Part shown: in pieces, positions 19,041-29,512 of the stretch | How the letters are laid out: the number at the start of each line of letters is the position of its first letter | Position numbering within the stretch: position 1 is the stretch's first letter | NCBI GenBank assembly: GCA_016193315.1 | Contig: JACPSJ010000005.1 | Span: 68-64,067, forward strand | Reading direction: 5' to 3' | Source of the DNA: Candidatus Kerfeldbacteria bacterium | GTDB lineage: Bacteria; Patescibacteriota; Patescibacteriia; SBBC01; CAIJZX01 | Length of the DNA: 64,000 nucleotides | The notes under the pieces: generated by a model | Databases searched by the model: none | What the model was told of the DNA's origin: nothing | What the model saw: the letters and a program-made list of their open reading frames with translations, nothing else | Translations under genes and position numbers: made by a program

Positions 19041-19063
19041 AAAAACCTGACCGCTGGGTCAGG
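19041..19063 (-). terminator. rho-independent terminator overlapping stop of 19059-19706 gene
   Basis: CCTGACC gct GGGTCAGG with A-run on + side (T-run on - strand). Confidence 0.5.
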
Positions 19064-19706
19064 CTACCTCTTCGAGCGATTCGAGCCACCGTTTGCGGTT
19101 GAAATCGGGTAGGAATTTTGGCAGACCACGGAGCCATAGCTCGGTGTACTCAGGATGTGTGGCGAGGTAATGGAGCTCGTCCGGCTTCACGATTTCTGGC
19201 CGACCGAGTCCATAAAAACTACCAAAGGTTACGTCGGCCGGCGGCACCAGCTCGGGGATACTGACGAAAGAAACCCGAAGTACAGCTGAGTGCGTTGTCT
19301 CTTGAACTGCCACCACCCAACCGGATTTCCAGTGGTATTTGAACGTGCCCGGATCGACACAGCGAATGGGGTCGGCTAGCGTACACCAAGCGCGGGACCG
19401 CAGTGCTGGCAAGACCGGAAAATCAGCGGCCACTTTGGCCAAGTCACGGACCCGCCGAATACACCGGAGAATCGGCACCAGAACGATCGGCGTCCGCGTC
19501 CATCCTGGCCTCCCGGCCCTGGCTCTCGCCATGGCGCGACGCTCCTCCTTCTCGTCTCGCCGCAACCTGGCCACAATGGCGTTGAGATTGCCCCGGCCGA
19601 GAGCAAAGAGTGCGTCGTCGCTGGCCTGAGAAATACCGTTGTACCCCCAACCTCCCTGCAGCCGGTCAAGCAGACCGCTGACTTGTTCATCAATCGTGCC
19701 TACCAT
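19059..19706 (-). CDS. hypothetical protein (215 aa)
   Basis: ORF with protein-like composition. Confidence 0.55.
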   Translation of the reverse strand: MVGTIDEQVSGLLDRLQGGWGYNGISQASDDALFALGRGNLNAIVARLRRDEKEERRAMARARAGRPGWTRTPIVLVPILRCIRRVRDLAKVAADFPVLPALRSRAWCTLADPIRCVDPGTFKYHWKSGWVVAVQETTHSAVLRVSFVSIPELVPPADVTFGSFYGLGRPEIVKPDELHYLATHPEYTELWLRGLPKFLPDFNRKRWLESLEEVA

Positions 19707-19883
19707 GACGGATCCTCCTCTGTTTCCTTGGCCGTTCCGTGCGGAACTGCGCCAAGGACGATCCTGGGTTCGGCCAGACTGGAAAGGGCTGTCGGCAGCC
19801 TAACGGACGCTGGGTTGCAATGTCAAGTGCTTCCGTAGTCAAGATCCGCCGGTTATACTGTTGAGGCCTAGACGACGTTCGCC

Positions 19884-20777
19884 TTGCCTACATCCCTGGT
19901 ACTACTAAGCGCCTTCATCGCCCTCCTGGCCTGGGGCGTTGGCGATTTTCTGATTCAACGAACCGTTCGGCGTATCGGTTCGCTTGAGGCCTTGTTTTTC
20001 ATAGGTCTTTTTGGTGGTATTGTCCTCGCCCCCTTCGGCGCCCGCGACGCCATGGCGGCTCTGGGCCACCTGCCAGCGGCCAAATTGCTCTGGGGCACAC
20101 TCGCGATCACTATCCTGTCATCGATGGTCGAGTTCGAGGCCTTCCGCCGGGGCAAGCTGGCCGTCATCGAACCGGTCATCAGCGCTGAGCTCATCTTCAC
20201 CATCATCATCGCCCTGGTTCTGCTGGGCGAGCAGATCACCGGTTGGCAAACCCTGTTTACCGTCGGCGTGGTCGTCGGAGTAACGCTGACGATCATCCGC
20301 CATAGTCATCGTCGCTGGTGGCAATTGTGGCAGCGACAAAGCATTCTTGAAACCGGAGTTTACCTCGGTATCTTCGCGGCCCTGGGTATGGCGGTGGCTA
20401 ACGTCTTAACTGGGCTGGCCAGTCGGGTGACGACGCCGCTGGCCACAATTTGGTTCGCTTTCTCCGGCCTGGCGGTTTTCACCTTCATCATTCTCGTTAT
20501 CCGTCGTCGGGCCCGGGCCCTGGTAAAGCAGGCGGTCAATCACTGGCCGTTGATTCTTAGCGAGAGCGCCTTTGACACGGCCGCCTGGCTGGCCTACGCC
20601 GTGGTCGTCACCGAGCTGCCAATCGCCATCACCATCGCCATCACCGAAAGTTATGTCGCCTTGGCCGCCATCCTCGGGATGTACTTCAACCGCGAACGGC
20701 TGCAAAGCCACCAGCGTTTAGGCGTGGCCGTGGCTCTCGGTTCGGCCATCATCCTGGCTGCGGTCAGCGCGCGGTAG
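19884..20777 (+). CDS. DMT superfamily (EamA-like) transporter
   Basis: ~10 TM helices in two repeated halves; TTG start. Confidence 0.65.
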   Translation: MPTSLVLLSAFIALLAWGVGDFLIQRTVRRIGSLEALFFIGLFGGIVLAPFGARDAMAALGHLPAAKLLWGTLAITILSSMVEFEAFRRGKLAVIEPVISAELIFTIIIALVLLGEQITGWQTLFTVGVVVGVTLTIIRHSHRRWWQLWQRQSILETGVYLGIFAALGMAVANVLTGLASRVTTPLATIWFAFSGLAVFTFIILVIRRRARALVKQAVNHWPLILSESAFDTAAWLAYAVVVTELPIAITIAITESYVALAAILGMYFNRERLQSHQRLGVAVALGSAIILAAVSAR

Positions 20778-20833
20778 ACTCAGTGTTGATCACCCAGTTT
20801 GACAGGCGATCAAGCGATGGCTACCCTTAGCCC

Positions 20834-21874
20834 ATGTTACGACCGCCCCATTGGCTGCTGACATTGGCCAGCCTTGGCATTGGACTGGCGGCTATTCAGG
20901 CCCTGGCCGTCGGTTCTGGCAGCGGCGGCACGGTGCCGAGTTGCAGCGCTGACACTTGGAGCTGCTCTGATTGGGGATCGTGTTCAAACACTGGTATTCA
21001 AACTCGCACCTGCTCGCTGACCTACGACTGCGGTTCGGCCACTACGCCGCGCCCGGCCGTAGAACAACGGTGCACCCCACCGGCCAGCCCGCGTCAAACA
21101 ACCAACCAAGCAACCACTAACGCTAACCAACAAAACACTAACGCCGCGACCAGCCCAAACACCAATATCGGTTCAGCCTGCACTCAAGATACATGGACCT
21201 GTGGTGACTGGACGTCGACCTGTGACAGCCAGGGCCGTCAATCACGACAATGTTCAGTCAGCAACGACTGCCCATCCGTAGCTACCCCGCCCCCGGAGCA
21301 ATTCCGTCCCTGCCAAGCGCTCCAGTGTAGCAGTAAATCAACATTGCGCGACCGGGTTTTCTGCCGCCTCAACCTGGCGCCGGAAGGCTTGGCTCGCGAA
21401 TTAGCCATTGAGTTCTTGCCGGAGGAGTGCCGGGTCCTGGTGGACCAGTCGACGCGTCAAGAATGTATCCAATACTACCGCAACTATCAACCGTGCTGGA
21501 CGCTGCCGGCCGGCGAGAACCGTTTTTCCTGCGCCAAGAACGTCCTCAAGGTTGGGCCGATTGTCAGTCAAGAAGTTAGAAGCTGCCAAGGGAAGACCGG
21601 TCAGGAGCAAGTAACTTGTAAATCGGCTATCCGTGAAAAGGTTTTTGACCTCATCAAGTTTCGTTTCTACGATCTTGAGCAGCGGGCCGAAGTGCTCGGT
21701 GATCGCGGGGTTGACCTCAGTACGATCGCCGACTTCGTGACCGCCGTCGAGCAGAAAAAACAGGCTTTCAACCAGGCGGCTTCGAAAGACGAGCGTCGCC
21801 AGATTATCCTCGATGTTCGCCAAGCCTGGCAGACATTCATTGACCAAGCCAAAACTCAACTCCACCTGTCATGA
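20834..21874 (+). CDS. secreted Cys-rich repeat protein
   Basis: Signal peptide; duplicated TW(S/T)C(S/G)DW...C...C...(A/V)TTP motifs. Confidence 0.55.
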   Translation: MLRPPHWLLTLASLGIGLAAIQALAVGSGSGGTVPSCSADTWSCSDWGSCSNTGIQTRTCSLTYDCGSATTPRPAVEQRCTPPASPRQTTNQATTNANQQNTNAATSPNTNIGSACTQDTWTCGDWTSTCDSQGRQSRQCSVSNDCPSVATPPPEQFRPCQALQCSSKSTLRDRVFCRLNLAPEGLARELAIEFLPEECRVLVDQSTRQECIQYYRNYQPCWTLPAGENRFSCAKNVLKVGPIVSQEVRSCQGKTGQEQVTCKSAIREKVFDLIKFRFYDLEQRAEVLGDRGVDLSTIADFVTAVEQKKQAFNQAASKDERRQIILDVRQAWQTFIDQAKTQLHLS

Positions 21875-22086
21875 GCCGCACGGCGTGGATTATCATTTCC
21901 ATTCTGGCTGTCCTGGTCTTCAGCGCCGTCCTGACCTACATGTGGCTGTACCCGGCCAGAGTGGAAACCAATGTCACGAATGGTCCGCTTGTCAACCGAT
22001 CCACGAACACCAATCAGCCGACCACCACTCTCGACACCAACGACTACCTAGACGAGGCGTTACAGGACCTGGACGCGGTTGAGTAG
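21871..22086 (+). CDS. small membrane protein
   Basis: Single TM helix; ATGA overlap with upstream gene. Confidence 0.4.
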   Translation: MSRTAWIIISILAVLVFSAVLTYMWLYPARVETNVTNGPLVNRSTNTNQPTTTLDTNDYLDEALQDLDAVE

Positions 22087-22206
22087 CGCGGCACCACACC
22101 ATGAAGCTCCTCTCCTCCCCCGAGGAGAGACGGGGTGAGGAGATGACGAGCGGCGCCGCGCCCACGGCCCTTTCCTTTTTCGTTTCCGCCCGCTAGAGTA
22201 ACTGAG

Positions 22207-23673
22207 ATGATGAGCTCCGCGACACAACTGGAGACCGCCCAAGTCGTCCACGCTATCGCCGCCGCAGTCAAGAATCGCGGCGGCCGGGCCCTGCTTGTTG
22301 GCGGTTCAGTTCGCGATGAACTGCTTGGTTTACCGCGTAAAGATTACGATTTGGAAATTTTTGGCCTCGATCCGGCGGCGATCGAACCCCTGGTCCGTCA
22401 ACATGGACCGGTTGAGGAAGTCGGCCGCGCCTTCGGCATCCTCAAGCTCCGGGTCGGCGTCAGTGAGATTGATGTGGCGGCGCCGCGCCGCGAGTCAAAG
22501 GTCGGCCCAGGCCACAAAGGATTTGCTGTGGCCACCGATCCGACGATGAAGCCCGCCGAGGCGGCGCGGCGCCGCGATTTCACCATCAACGCCATCGCTA
22601 AAGATCCGCTGACCGACGAACTCATCGATCCTTTCGGCGGCCAAAAAGACCTAGTTGACAAAACTCTTCGGCTCGTTGACGAGCGGTCGTTCGGTGATGA
22701 TCCGCTTCGCGTCTTACGCGCTTTTCAGTTTGCGGGGCGGTTCGGGCTGAACATCGAGAACAACACCGCCGCGGTTCTCGAACAGATGGTGCCAGCGGTG
22801 GCTGAACTGCCGCCTGATCGTCTCTATGCCGAGTGGCGAAAGTTGTTTCTTCTCTCCCCGCGACCCTCGCTCGGTTTGGAACTAGCCCGACGGGTTGGCT
22901 ACTTCGACCGTTTCGCGCCGATCATCGCTAAGCTCAAGGACACGCTGCAAGAACCGACGTTCCACCCTGAAGGCGATGTCTGGGCGCATACCATGCTGGT
23001 GGTCGATGATACCAAGCGCCTGGTTGACCGCTCGGACCTGCCGGATGACGAACGGCTGATGGTCATGCTTACCGCTTTTGGCCACGACGTTGGCAAGGCG
23101 CTCACCACTCGACCGATTGACGGCAAAATCAGATCTTTTGGTCACGCTGAAGCCGGCGTCGGCGTGATGGCGGATTTCCTTGAACACCAGGGGTTTCCCG
23201 CCCACCTCGTTGAACGCGTCAAACCACTCATCCGCGAACACATGATGGCCGACATACTCTTCGCGGCCGAACAGCGGGGGCCGGGGCCAGTCAAGGACGG
23301 CGCCGTCCGGCGCTTGATCAACCGTCTCCATCCGGCCAGCCTGGAACAATTGCTGCTTGTCACCGAAGGCGACATCCTCGGTCGAGGGCGATTGCCCGAT
23401 GATCGCTATGCTCATCCGGAAAACATCGCCGCCCTGAAAAACTGGTGGCGCGGGCGGGTGGCAAAACTGAAACTGCAAAAAGGACCGGTCCCGATCATTC
23501 AGGGGCGGGACTTGATATCCCTCGGCTGGTCGCCGGGACCGATCTTCGGTCGAATCATCAAGGCGGCTGAAAAGCTGGCTGAGGAAAAAAGCTATGATCG
23601 GGAGAAGATTCTGGACCTTCTACGATCCGCTGACTCGCCCGACCAAGCCCTTGAAAGATTTCCGCCGCCTTAG
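22207..23673 (+). CDS. cca: CCA-adding tRNA nucleotidyltransferase with HD domain
   Basis: [13 protein letters not shown]...DYDLE Pol-beta NT motif; FGHDVGK HD motif. Confidence 0.8.
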   Translation: MMSSATQLETAQVVHAIAAAVKNRGGRALLVGGSVRDELLGLPRKDYDLEIFGLDPAAIEPLVRQHGPVEEVGRAFGILKLRVGVSEIDVAAPRRESKVGPGHKGFAVATDPTMKPAEAARRRDFTINAIAKDPLTDELIDPFGGQKDLVDKTLRLVDERSFGDDPLRVLRAFQFAGRFGLNIENNTAAVLEQMVPAVAELPPDRLYAEWRKLFLLSPRPSLGLELARRVGYFDRFAPIIAKLKDTLQEPTFHPEGDVWAHTMLVVDDTKRLVDRSDLPDDERLMVMLTAFGHDVGKALTTRPIDGKIRSFGHAEAGVGVMADFLEHQGFPAHLVERVKPLIREHMMADILFAAEQRGPGPVKDGAVRRLINRLHPASLEQLLLVTEGDILGRGRLPDDRYAHPENIAALKNWWRGRVAKLKLQKGPVPIIQGRDLISLGWSPGPIFGRIIKAAEKLAEEKSYDREKILDLLRSADSPDQALERFPPP

Positions 23674-23832
23674 AACTCATTTCAAAACCTGCTTTCCGGG
23701 CGAAATGGCAGATTTCGCGGGCGCGGCGCCGCGGCGGAGGGTGAAATGTATTTGGAGATACACTGAACCCGAGCCGCCAGCCGGAGCCCGAAATCGGGCC
23801 TGGCAGCCGAAATGAGGTTTTGAAATGAGTTC
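23673..23832. repeat. MITE-like element with perfect 17-bp terminal inverted repeats
   Basis: GAACTCATTTCAAAACC (23673-23689) / GGTTTTGAAATGAGTTC (23816-23832), TA flanks on both sides, internal hairpins. Confidence 0.4.
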
Positions 23833-25226
23833 TAGCGTGGTTCAAGCTGCCAACTCGGCAACCATCGCCGCAGTTGATGTTCGGTGTGACTCAACGGAAA
23901 GCTGAGATACCACGGCAAAAACCATACGAAAATGAGTCCAGCCACCACCACGTAACTCACGACCCATCGTCGATGGCGACCCCAGACGCGGCTCAAAATG
24001 ATAGACGCGAGTAAAGTCAAGAACAGCCCAAAGGGCATGGCGTGGTAGCTGTACATTATGCGCTGAATAAAGACGAAAGGAATCCAGGCGAAGAGGAGGA
24101 ACAAATTCAGTCCTCTCAGCACCGGATCGCGCCAGCCGCGGACGAGGCTGTAGAGCAAAAACATCGCCCCCGTCCACCATACCCACGGATTCGGCAGCGA
24201 AACGATAGCGCTAATGCTGGATCCGACCGGCTGGGCCCAGTAGACGAAGGGTTTCCACAGCAACAGCCAGCCCCACCACGGCTGGGCGTAGAGGCCACCG
24301 TGCGACGGCACAGACAAATGGTAGTTCAGCATCTGGGCGTTGGTTTTGAAAAACGTATCGGTCACGCCCAACCAGCCGAAATGCCGGAGGAAAACAAGCC
24401 AGTAGATCACGGCGGGAAGAAAAATAAGACCGCCGAGTGCAGTTAACCACGTCCACAACGGTTGCTCAGGATTTTTTGTTTGCCCGAACAGTTTCGGCCA
24501 AATCCACAGCAGAATAGTTGGGGTCGTCATGAGCAGCGCTAACCACTTAACCGACACTGCCGCCCCGATCATTACTCCGGCGGCCAACAACCACCAGCCG
24601 GGCCGCCGTACTTCTAACCCTTTGAGCGTGCACCCTAGCGCGGTCAGGCCGTACAGAATGTAGGGAATATTGATCAGCCCCAGCCGCGATTCGACCAGCG
24701 TCAGCCCGTCAAGCAGCACCAGTGCCGCGCCTAGATTCGCCGCCACTCGGTTTCGGGTGAACCGCCACGCCAGCCACCATAACAGCGGCACCAGCAGTGC
24801 GCCTTCAATAGCGTTGAGGATTCTCCACGTCAACGGCGTGAATCCAAACAGCGTGAAGACTGTGCCGAGTTGTTCCTTGCCAAGCGGTGGGTGTGGATCG
24901 AAGTAGGGGTGGCCGAGAACATAATTGTAGCCGTCGTTGACGAAAAACACTTCGTCGCTGACGAGTTGCGGTGGTTGATCAAGTTGCCATAAGTGCATCC
25001 CCAGCGCGATCAGAAAACCGAGCCAGGGGACCACGTACTTTCTCCAGCTGTTAGTCATCACGAGCAGTATAGCAAACAAGGCTGGTGATGATGGCCTTCT
25101 GCCCACATGAAATTCCAAATCACAAATTCTAAGCTCCAAGGAGGCTCCAATGAACAAAATTCTAATGACCGAAAGAAATTCTGGCTGGTACAAAAGTTCA
25201 ATATTGAACTTCGGGAATTTGGACAT
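23832..25226 (-). CDS. GT39/PMT-like glycosyltransferase (dolichyl-phosphate-mannose protein mannosyltransferase family)
   Basis: SDEVFFVNDG...HPPLGK loop-1 motif, multi-TM. Confidence 0.7.
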   Translation of the reverse strand: MSKFPKFNIELLYQPEFLSVIRILFIGASLELRICDLEFHVGRRPSSPALFAILLVMTNSWRKYVVPWLGFLIALGMHLWQLDQPPQLVSDEVFFVNDGYNYVLGHPYFDPHPPLGKEQLGTVFTLFGFTPLTWRILNAIEGALLVPLLWWLAWRFTRNRVAANLGAALVLLDGLTLVESRLGLINIPYILYGLTALGCTLKGLEVRRPGWWLLAAGVMIGAAVSVKWLALLMTTPTILLWIWPKLFGQTKNPEQPLWTWLTALGGLIFLPAVIYWLVFLRHFGWLGVTDTFFKTNAQMLNYHLSVPSHGGLYAQPWWGWLLLWKPFVYWAQPVGSSISAIVSLPNPWVWWTGAMFLLYSLVRGWRDPVLRGLNLFLLFAWIPFVFIQRIMYSYHAMPFGLFLTLLASIILSRVWGRHRRWVVSYVVVAGLIFVWFLPWYLSFPLSHTEHQLRRWLPSWQLEPR

Positions 25227-25344
25227 TTGGGCATTGGAATTTTGGATTTATTTGGGATTTAGTGCTTGGAATTTGGAATTTCTACCACGCAAAAATAACT
25301 TCAAATGGATCTTGCAATCCAACTCTAATTTCGAGCGTGAGTAG

Positions 25345-26262
25345 ATGGACGAGTGTGCCGAAATATGGTATCATCCGCTCATGCCGAAAAAATCAAAGCG
25401 GCAAAAAATACGAAAAGCGGTTATCCCGGTGGCCGGTTTTGGTACTCGCTTCTTGCCCGCCACTATCGCCCAGCCGAAAGAAATGTTGACCGTCGTCGAC
25501 AAGCCGGTTATTCAGTACATCGTCGAGGAGATGGCGGCCGCCGGGATCGAAGAAATTATCTTTGTCACTGGACGTAACAAGCGGGCGATCGAAGATCATT
25601 TTGATTACTCGCCGGAACTCGAGCAATCGCTGCGCGAAAGCCACAAACCCGAGCTGCTGAACGAAGTCCATCGGATTTCAAAACTGGCCAAGTTCGTCTA
25701 TGTCCGTCAGAGCAAGATGCTCGGCATCGCCAATGCCCTCTATATGGCCAAAGAACTGATTGGCGACGAGCCGTTTGCTTTTTCTTATGGTGATGACATC
25801 ATCCACGCCCGCACGCCGGCCATCAAACAGCTTTTCGACACCTACCGACGCACGCGGTCAACCGTCACCGGGACGATGAAGGTCAGCCCCGACCTGGCTC
25901 ACCGTTATGGCATCATGCAGCCCCTCGGGCGCGTCACCGGCAAAACATTCCGGATCAAATCGATCATCGAAAAGCCAAAGGGTTCGCCGCCATCACTCCA
26001 TTTCAGCCCCGGCCGGTACGTCTTCACGCCCGACATTTTCCGTTACATCGAAAAAACGAAACCGACGATCAATGGTGAAGTATTCCTGGTCGAATCGGTC
26101 AACCTCTTGGCCCGCCGACGCCCGGTCTACGCTCATCAAATGAGCGGCCGCTACTTCGATTGCGGCAGCAAGCGCGAGTACGTCAAGGCCAATATTTATT
26201 TCGCCCTGCAGCACCGCGAACTCCGCCACGACATCCGAGCCTATCTCCGCAAACCCGGCTAG
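25345..26262 (+). CDS. galU: UTP-glucose-1-phosphate uridylyltransferase
   Basis: VIPVAGFGTRFLPATIAQPKEML N-terminal nucleotidyltransferase signature. Confidence 0.8.
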   Translation: MDECAEIWYHPLMPKKSKRQKIRKAVIPVAGFGTRFLPATIAQPKEMLTVVDKPVIQYIVEEMAAAGIEEIIFVTGRNKRAIEDHFDYSPELEQSLRESHKPELLNEVHRISKLAKFVYVRQSKMLGIANALYMAKELIGDEPFAFSYGDDIIHARTPAIKQLFDTYRRTRSTVTGTMKVSPDLAHRYGIMQPLGRVTGKTFRIKSIIEKPKGSPPSLHFSPGRYVFTPDIFRYIEKTKPTINGEVFLVESVNLLARRRPVYAHQMSGRYFDCGSKREYVKANIYFALQHRELRHDIRAYLRKPG

Positions 26263-26307
26263 CCATCGGATCCACTAGTCAACCAATAGCCTAATCAACT
26301 AAACTCT

Positions 26308-27678
26308 ATGCGCCGCGTCCTAATCATCGTCGCTATTCTCCTGGTCCCACTGGTGCCAATTGTGCTCGTGGTCAGTGGGGTCTTAAAGACCAAGCCGCGG
26401 ACCATCCCGCCGGTAGCGATCACCATTTGGGGCACCGACGATCCAGCCACCGCCTTCACCACCCTGATCGCCAAGTACCAACAGACACGGCCGTACGCCA
26501 AGATTACCTACCAGCAAGTTCGGCCAGAGGATTATGTTAATCAGCTGCTCAGCGCCTGGGCCCAGGGAACCGGTCCGGATTTGTTCTTCGTGCCCCAGAC
26601 CTGGGTTGGTCAGATGGCCCAGTACGCCACCCCCATGCCGGCTCAGCTCGGTGTGTCGCTGGTCCAGTCCGGCGGCGGGATATTCCGGAGTAGCACCAAA
26701 ATTGTCCAGCAGCAACAGCCGGCCCCAACGACCGACGCCTTACGCCGCACGTTCGTCGACGTTGTTATTAACGACCTGGTCATCGATGGCCAGGTGTGGG
26801 GGCTACCGCTGGCGATGGACACGCTGGTGCTGTACTACAACAAAGACTTACTCAACAACGCCAAGGTGTTTGAGCCGGCCAAAATCTGGGGCGACCTGCT
26901 CAGTCAGATTGAATCCAACCGCCTGACCATCACCGATGAGCGCGAGGCCCTGATCCAGTCCGGCGTCGCCTTGGGGACCGTCGACAATCTCCCGCATGCC
27001 ATCGACTTGCTAACGCTGCTGATGCTCCAGAACGGCATGCCTGAGGTATCGACCAAGAACATGGTTCGGTTCGGAGAGCAGGCCAAGACGGCGCTCGACT
27101 TCTTCCTCAGCTTCGCCAATCCCAAGAAAGTCGCCTACAGTTGGAATGTCAGTCAGCCGAATGCGCGCGAAGCCTTTCTGGCCGGCAAGGTAGCCTACTA
27201 CTTTGGTACCTTAGCCGATCGGCCGTCGATCGCCGGCGGTAACCTCAACTGGGGGCTGGGCCAGATGCTCCACCTTAGCCTGGACGGTGACCGTGATGGT
27301 GCCACCGGACAGACGCGTTTTATCGACCGCGCTCAATATCAGACGCTGATGGTCTCAAAAGCCAGCGCCCTGGGTCAAAAGTCGACCTTGGCTTGGAACA
27401 TCCTTTACTTCTTTTCACGGGGGGAGAACGTCCCGCTCTATCTCCAGGCCACCGGCCGGCTAGCAGCCATCAAGAGCATTCTCGTCGGCCAAAAGGACAA
27501 TCCTGAGCTCGGTCCCTTCGCCGGACAGCTCCTGACCGCCAAAACCTGGTATCACGGCCGCGGCGGCGCGGCGGCTGAAGACTATCTCCGCGCCATGGTC
27601 AAGAGCATTCTCAGCGGTCAAGCCACGGTTGACGAAGCGCTGCTTCTCGCCGCTCAACAAATCGAGTCGACGATATGA
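26308..27678 (+). CDS. extracellular solute-binding protein (sugar ABC transporter SBP family 1-like)
   Basis: N-terminal anchor then SBP_bac_1-like sequence. Confidence 0.65.
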   Translation: MRRVLIIVAILLVPLVPIVLVVSGVLKTKPRTIPPVAITIWGTDDPATAFTTLIAKYQQTRPYAKITYQQVRPEDYVNQLLSAWAQGTGPDLFFVPQTWVGQMAQYATPMPAQLGVSLVQSGGGIFRSSTKIVQQQQPAPTTDALRRTFVDVVINDLVIDGQVWGLPLAMDTLVLYYNKDLLNNAKVFEPAKIWGDLLSQIESNRLTITDEREALIQSGVALGTVDNLPHAIDLLTLLMLQNGMPEVSTKNMVRFGEQAKTALDFFLSFANPKKVAYSWNVSQPNAREAFLAGKVAYYFGTLADRPSIAGGNLNWGLGQMLHLSLDGDRDGATGQTRFIDRAQYQTLMVSKASALGQKSTLAWNILYFFSRGENVPLYLQATGRLAAIKSILVGQKDNPELGPFAGQLLTAKTWYHGRGGAAAEDYLRAMVKSILSGQATVDEALLLAAQQIESTI

Positions 27679-28844
27679 AACGACTGAGTTTGGTGCCCTT
27701 GGTGTTGCTTAGCATAACCTGGTTTTTCGTACGACCGGCGGCGGCTCAGAATCCGGACGCCCCGCCGACCGGACCATTGCTCATTTCCTGCGATGATGAG
27801 TTAGACCCGCTGACAAAAGAATTTAAAAACCCCTGCGGGATCGATGACTTCTTCAACCAGTTCGTGGTCTTGGCCCAATTTGGTCTGAGCATTGCTACCA
27901 TTCTGGGCGTGCTGATGCTCGTCTGGGGAGGGGTCCAGTGGATTACGGCCGGTGGGCGGGCTTCGAAAATCGACGAAGGAAAACGCATCCTGGGTGGCAC
28001 CATCATCGGGCTGATCGTCTCCTTCACCGCTTTCGTCATCATCAACTTCGTCGTCGCGTCCATCACCGGCACCACTGCCCGGTCGCTCAATCCGTTTGGC
28101 GGTCCGATCGCCACCATCTTCGGCGGACAGCGGGACTTAGAGAAACCGTTTAGCGGCGGTGGAACTGATTCCACCAGCGATTGCCACAGTCGTTGGGACA
28201 ATAGCTGCAGTGACAAGATTTTCTGCGCCGATGCTAGTCGCCGGACCGGCGCCATCCGCGATCTCCAAACCGCGCTCAACGAGCGAGGCTGCAACTGTGG
28301 CGGGGTTGATGGGTGTTTCGGCTCCAATACCCTCGACTGCGTCCGACGGTTCCAGCTAGCCAATAACCGCCCGCCGACCGGCGAAATTGATCAAGTCACT
28401 CAGCAACTCGTCGCCGGCGGCGGCACAGCCTGCAACGATGCGGCGGTGTCCGCCCGCGTCGAAGCCGTCAGTGCCTTGCTACCTTCCGCTCCGGCCCAGC
28501 GGCCAGCTCGACCCGGATCGGCGACGACCGGATGCTGCATCGTCAAGACGAGCGATGGCGCCTCGCCGCTCTTCTGCGCCGAGTTGATGAGCGAACGCAC
28601 CTGTCTAGCGCTCAGCCGCTCCAATACCTTCGTCCCCGGGGAGCGGTGTCTTCAGAACGCCGAGACGAAAGCGGTTTGCGGCTTCTGCGACAACGGCGGT
28701 GACCGCTGCTTCGCTGAAGCGACTGAGCACTGGTGTAAGAACGTCGTCAGTCCGGCCATTTCCTTTACCCCCGGCGTCTGTCATGGCAACGGCTTGTGTG
28801 ACCGCGGCTGTCAGGATACGCTCTACAATAGTCCATCCATTTAA
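27675..28844 (+). CDS. TrbC/VirB2-like pilin-domain protein with peptidoglycan-binding and Cys-rich C-terminal domains
   Basis: LMLVWGGVQWITAGG pilin core; CFGSNTLDCVRRFQLANNRPPTGEID PG_binding_1-like. Confidence 0.6.
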   Translation: MKRLSLVPLVLLSITWFFVRPAAAQNPDAPPTGPLLISCDDELDPLTKEFKNPCGIDDFFNQFVVLAQFGLSIATILGVLMLVWGGVQWITAGGRASKIDEGKRILGGTIIGLIVSFTAFVIINFVVASITGTTARSLNPFGGPIATIFGGQRDLEKPFSGGGTDSTSDCHSRWDNSCSDKIFCADASRRTGAIRDLQTALNERGCNCGGVDGCFGSNTLDCVRRFQLANNRPPTGEIDQVTQQLVAGGGTACNDAAVSARVEAVSALLPSAPAQRPARPGSATTGCCIVKTSDGASPLFCAELMSERTCLALSRSNTFVPGERCLQNAETKAVCGFCDNGGDRCFAEATEHWCKNVVSPAISFTPGVCHGNGLCDRGCQDTLYNSPSI

Positions 28845-28865
28845 CCTGGGTACCGCCGCTCAACT

Positions 28866-29243
28866 GTGCTACCATACTCTCCGACCACCATGAAACGACT
28901 TCTGTCAGTAGCTCTCCTTCTTGGTTTACTCGTCGCCGCGCCGGTCGGCTTCGCTCAGGGAGATTCAACGTCGTCGACTGGCGTCACCATCCCCAACCCG
29001 ATTCGTTGCAATACTGCCACCTGCTTGATTGGCCAAGTGGTGCGGTACATTCTCGGCGTGATTGCCATTCTGGCCACGCTGATGTTTATCTGGGGTGGGG
29101 TGATGATGTTAACCTCCGGCGGAAACGCCGACCGCGTCCGCCAGGCGAAAGAGACGCTGGCTTGGGCCGCCATCGGCGTTGTCCTCATCCTCATTAGTTG
29201 GGGCATTATTAGGTTCGTCCTCCAGGGGTTGGTAAGTGGCTAG
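28866..29243 (+). CDS. TrbC/VirB2-like pilin
   Basis: LMFIWGGVMMLTSGGNADRVRQAKETL core. Confidence 0.55.
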   Translation: MLPYSPTTMKRLLSVALLLGLLVAAPVGFAQGDSTSSTGVTIPNPIRCNTATCLIGQVVRYILGVIAILATLMFIWGGVMMLTSGGNADRVRQAKETLAWAAIGVVLILISWGIIRFVLQGLVSG

Positions 29244-29258
29244 CCCTGTTAGAGGTGT

Positions 29259-29466
29259 CCTGTTAGAAGCGGATCGGGTCGTGGCTTTCACGGATGAACT
29301 ATGTTATGGCTGGAAGTCTGGTTTCTTGGACCCATGCATATCTGTGCCGCTTCTAACGGGGTGAGGCCCGTTACAGATGGTTAATGAGAAGAAAAACGTG
29401 CCCGCCGCGTTCTGTTGCCTGGTGGGCAGCATAATTTTAAGACCTGTCTCCGGCCATCTGTAACGG
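29259..29466. repeat. twin long-range inverted repeats (13-bp 29259-29271/29346-29358; 14-bp perfect 29366-29379/29453-29466)
   Basis: CTGTTAGAAGCGG/CCGCTTCTAACGG and CCCGTTACAGATGG/CCATCTGTAACGGG each enclosing ~75 bp. Confidence 0.45.
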
Positions 29467-29484
29467 GCTGAGGATAACTTGCAT

Positions 29485-29512
29485 TTGACAATCCGCGGTT
29501 TTTTTGTATAAT
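29485..29512 (+). promoter_or_regulatory. consensus sigma70 promoter TTGACA-16-TATAAT for pilin genes
   Basis: Exact -35 and -10 hexamers. Confidence 0.55.

Noticed and set aside
25150-25344. GGAATTT/GGATTT short repeats upstream of galU
   Set aside because: Irregular short AT-rich repeats in a promoter region. Too short and degenerate to call a tandem repeat or binding-site array with confidence.
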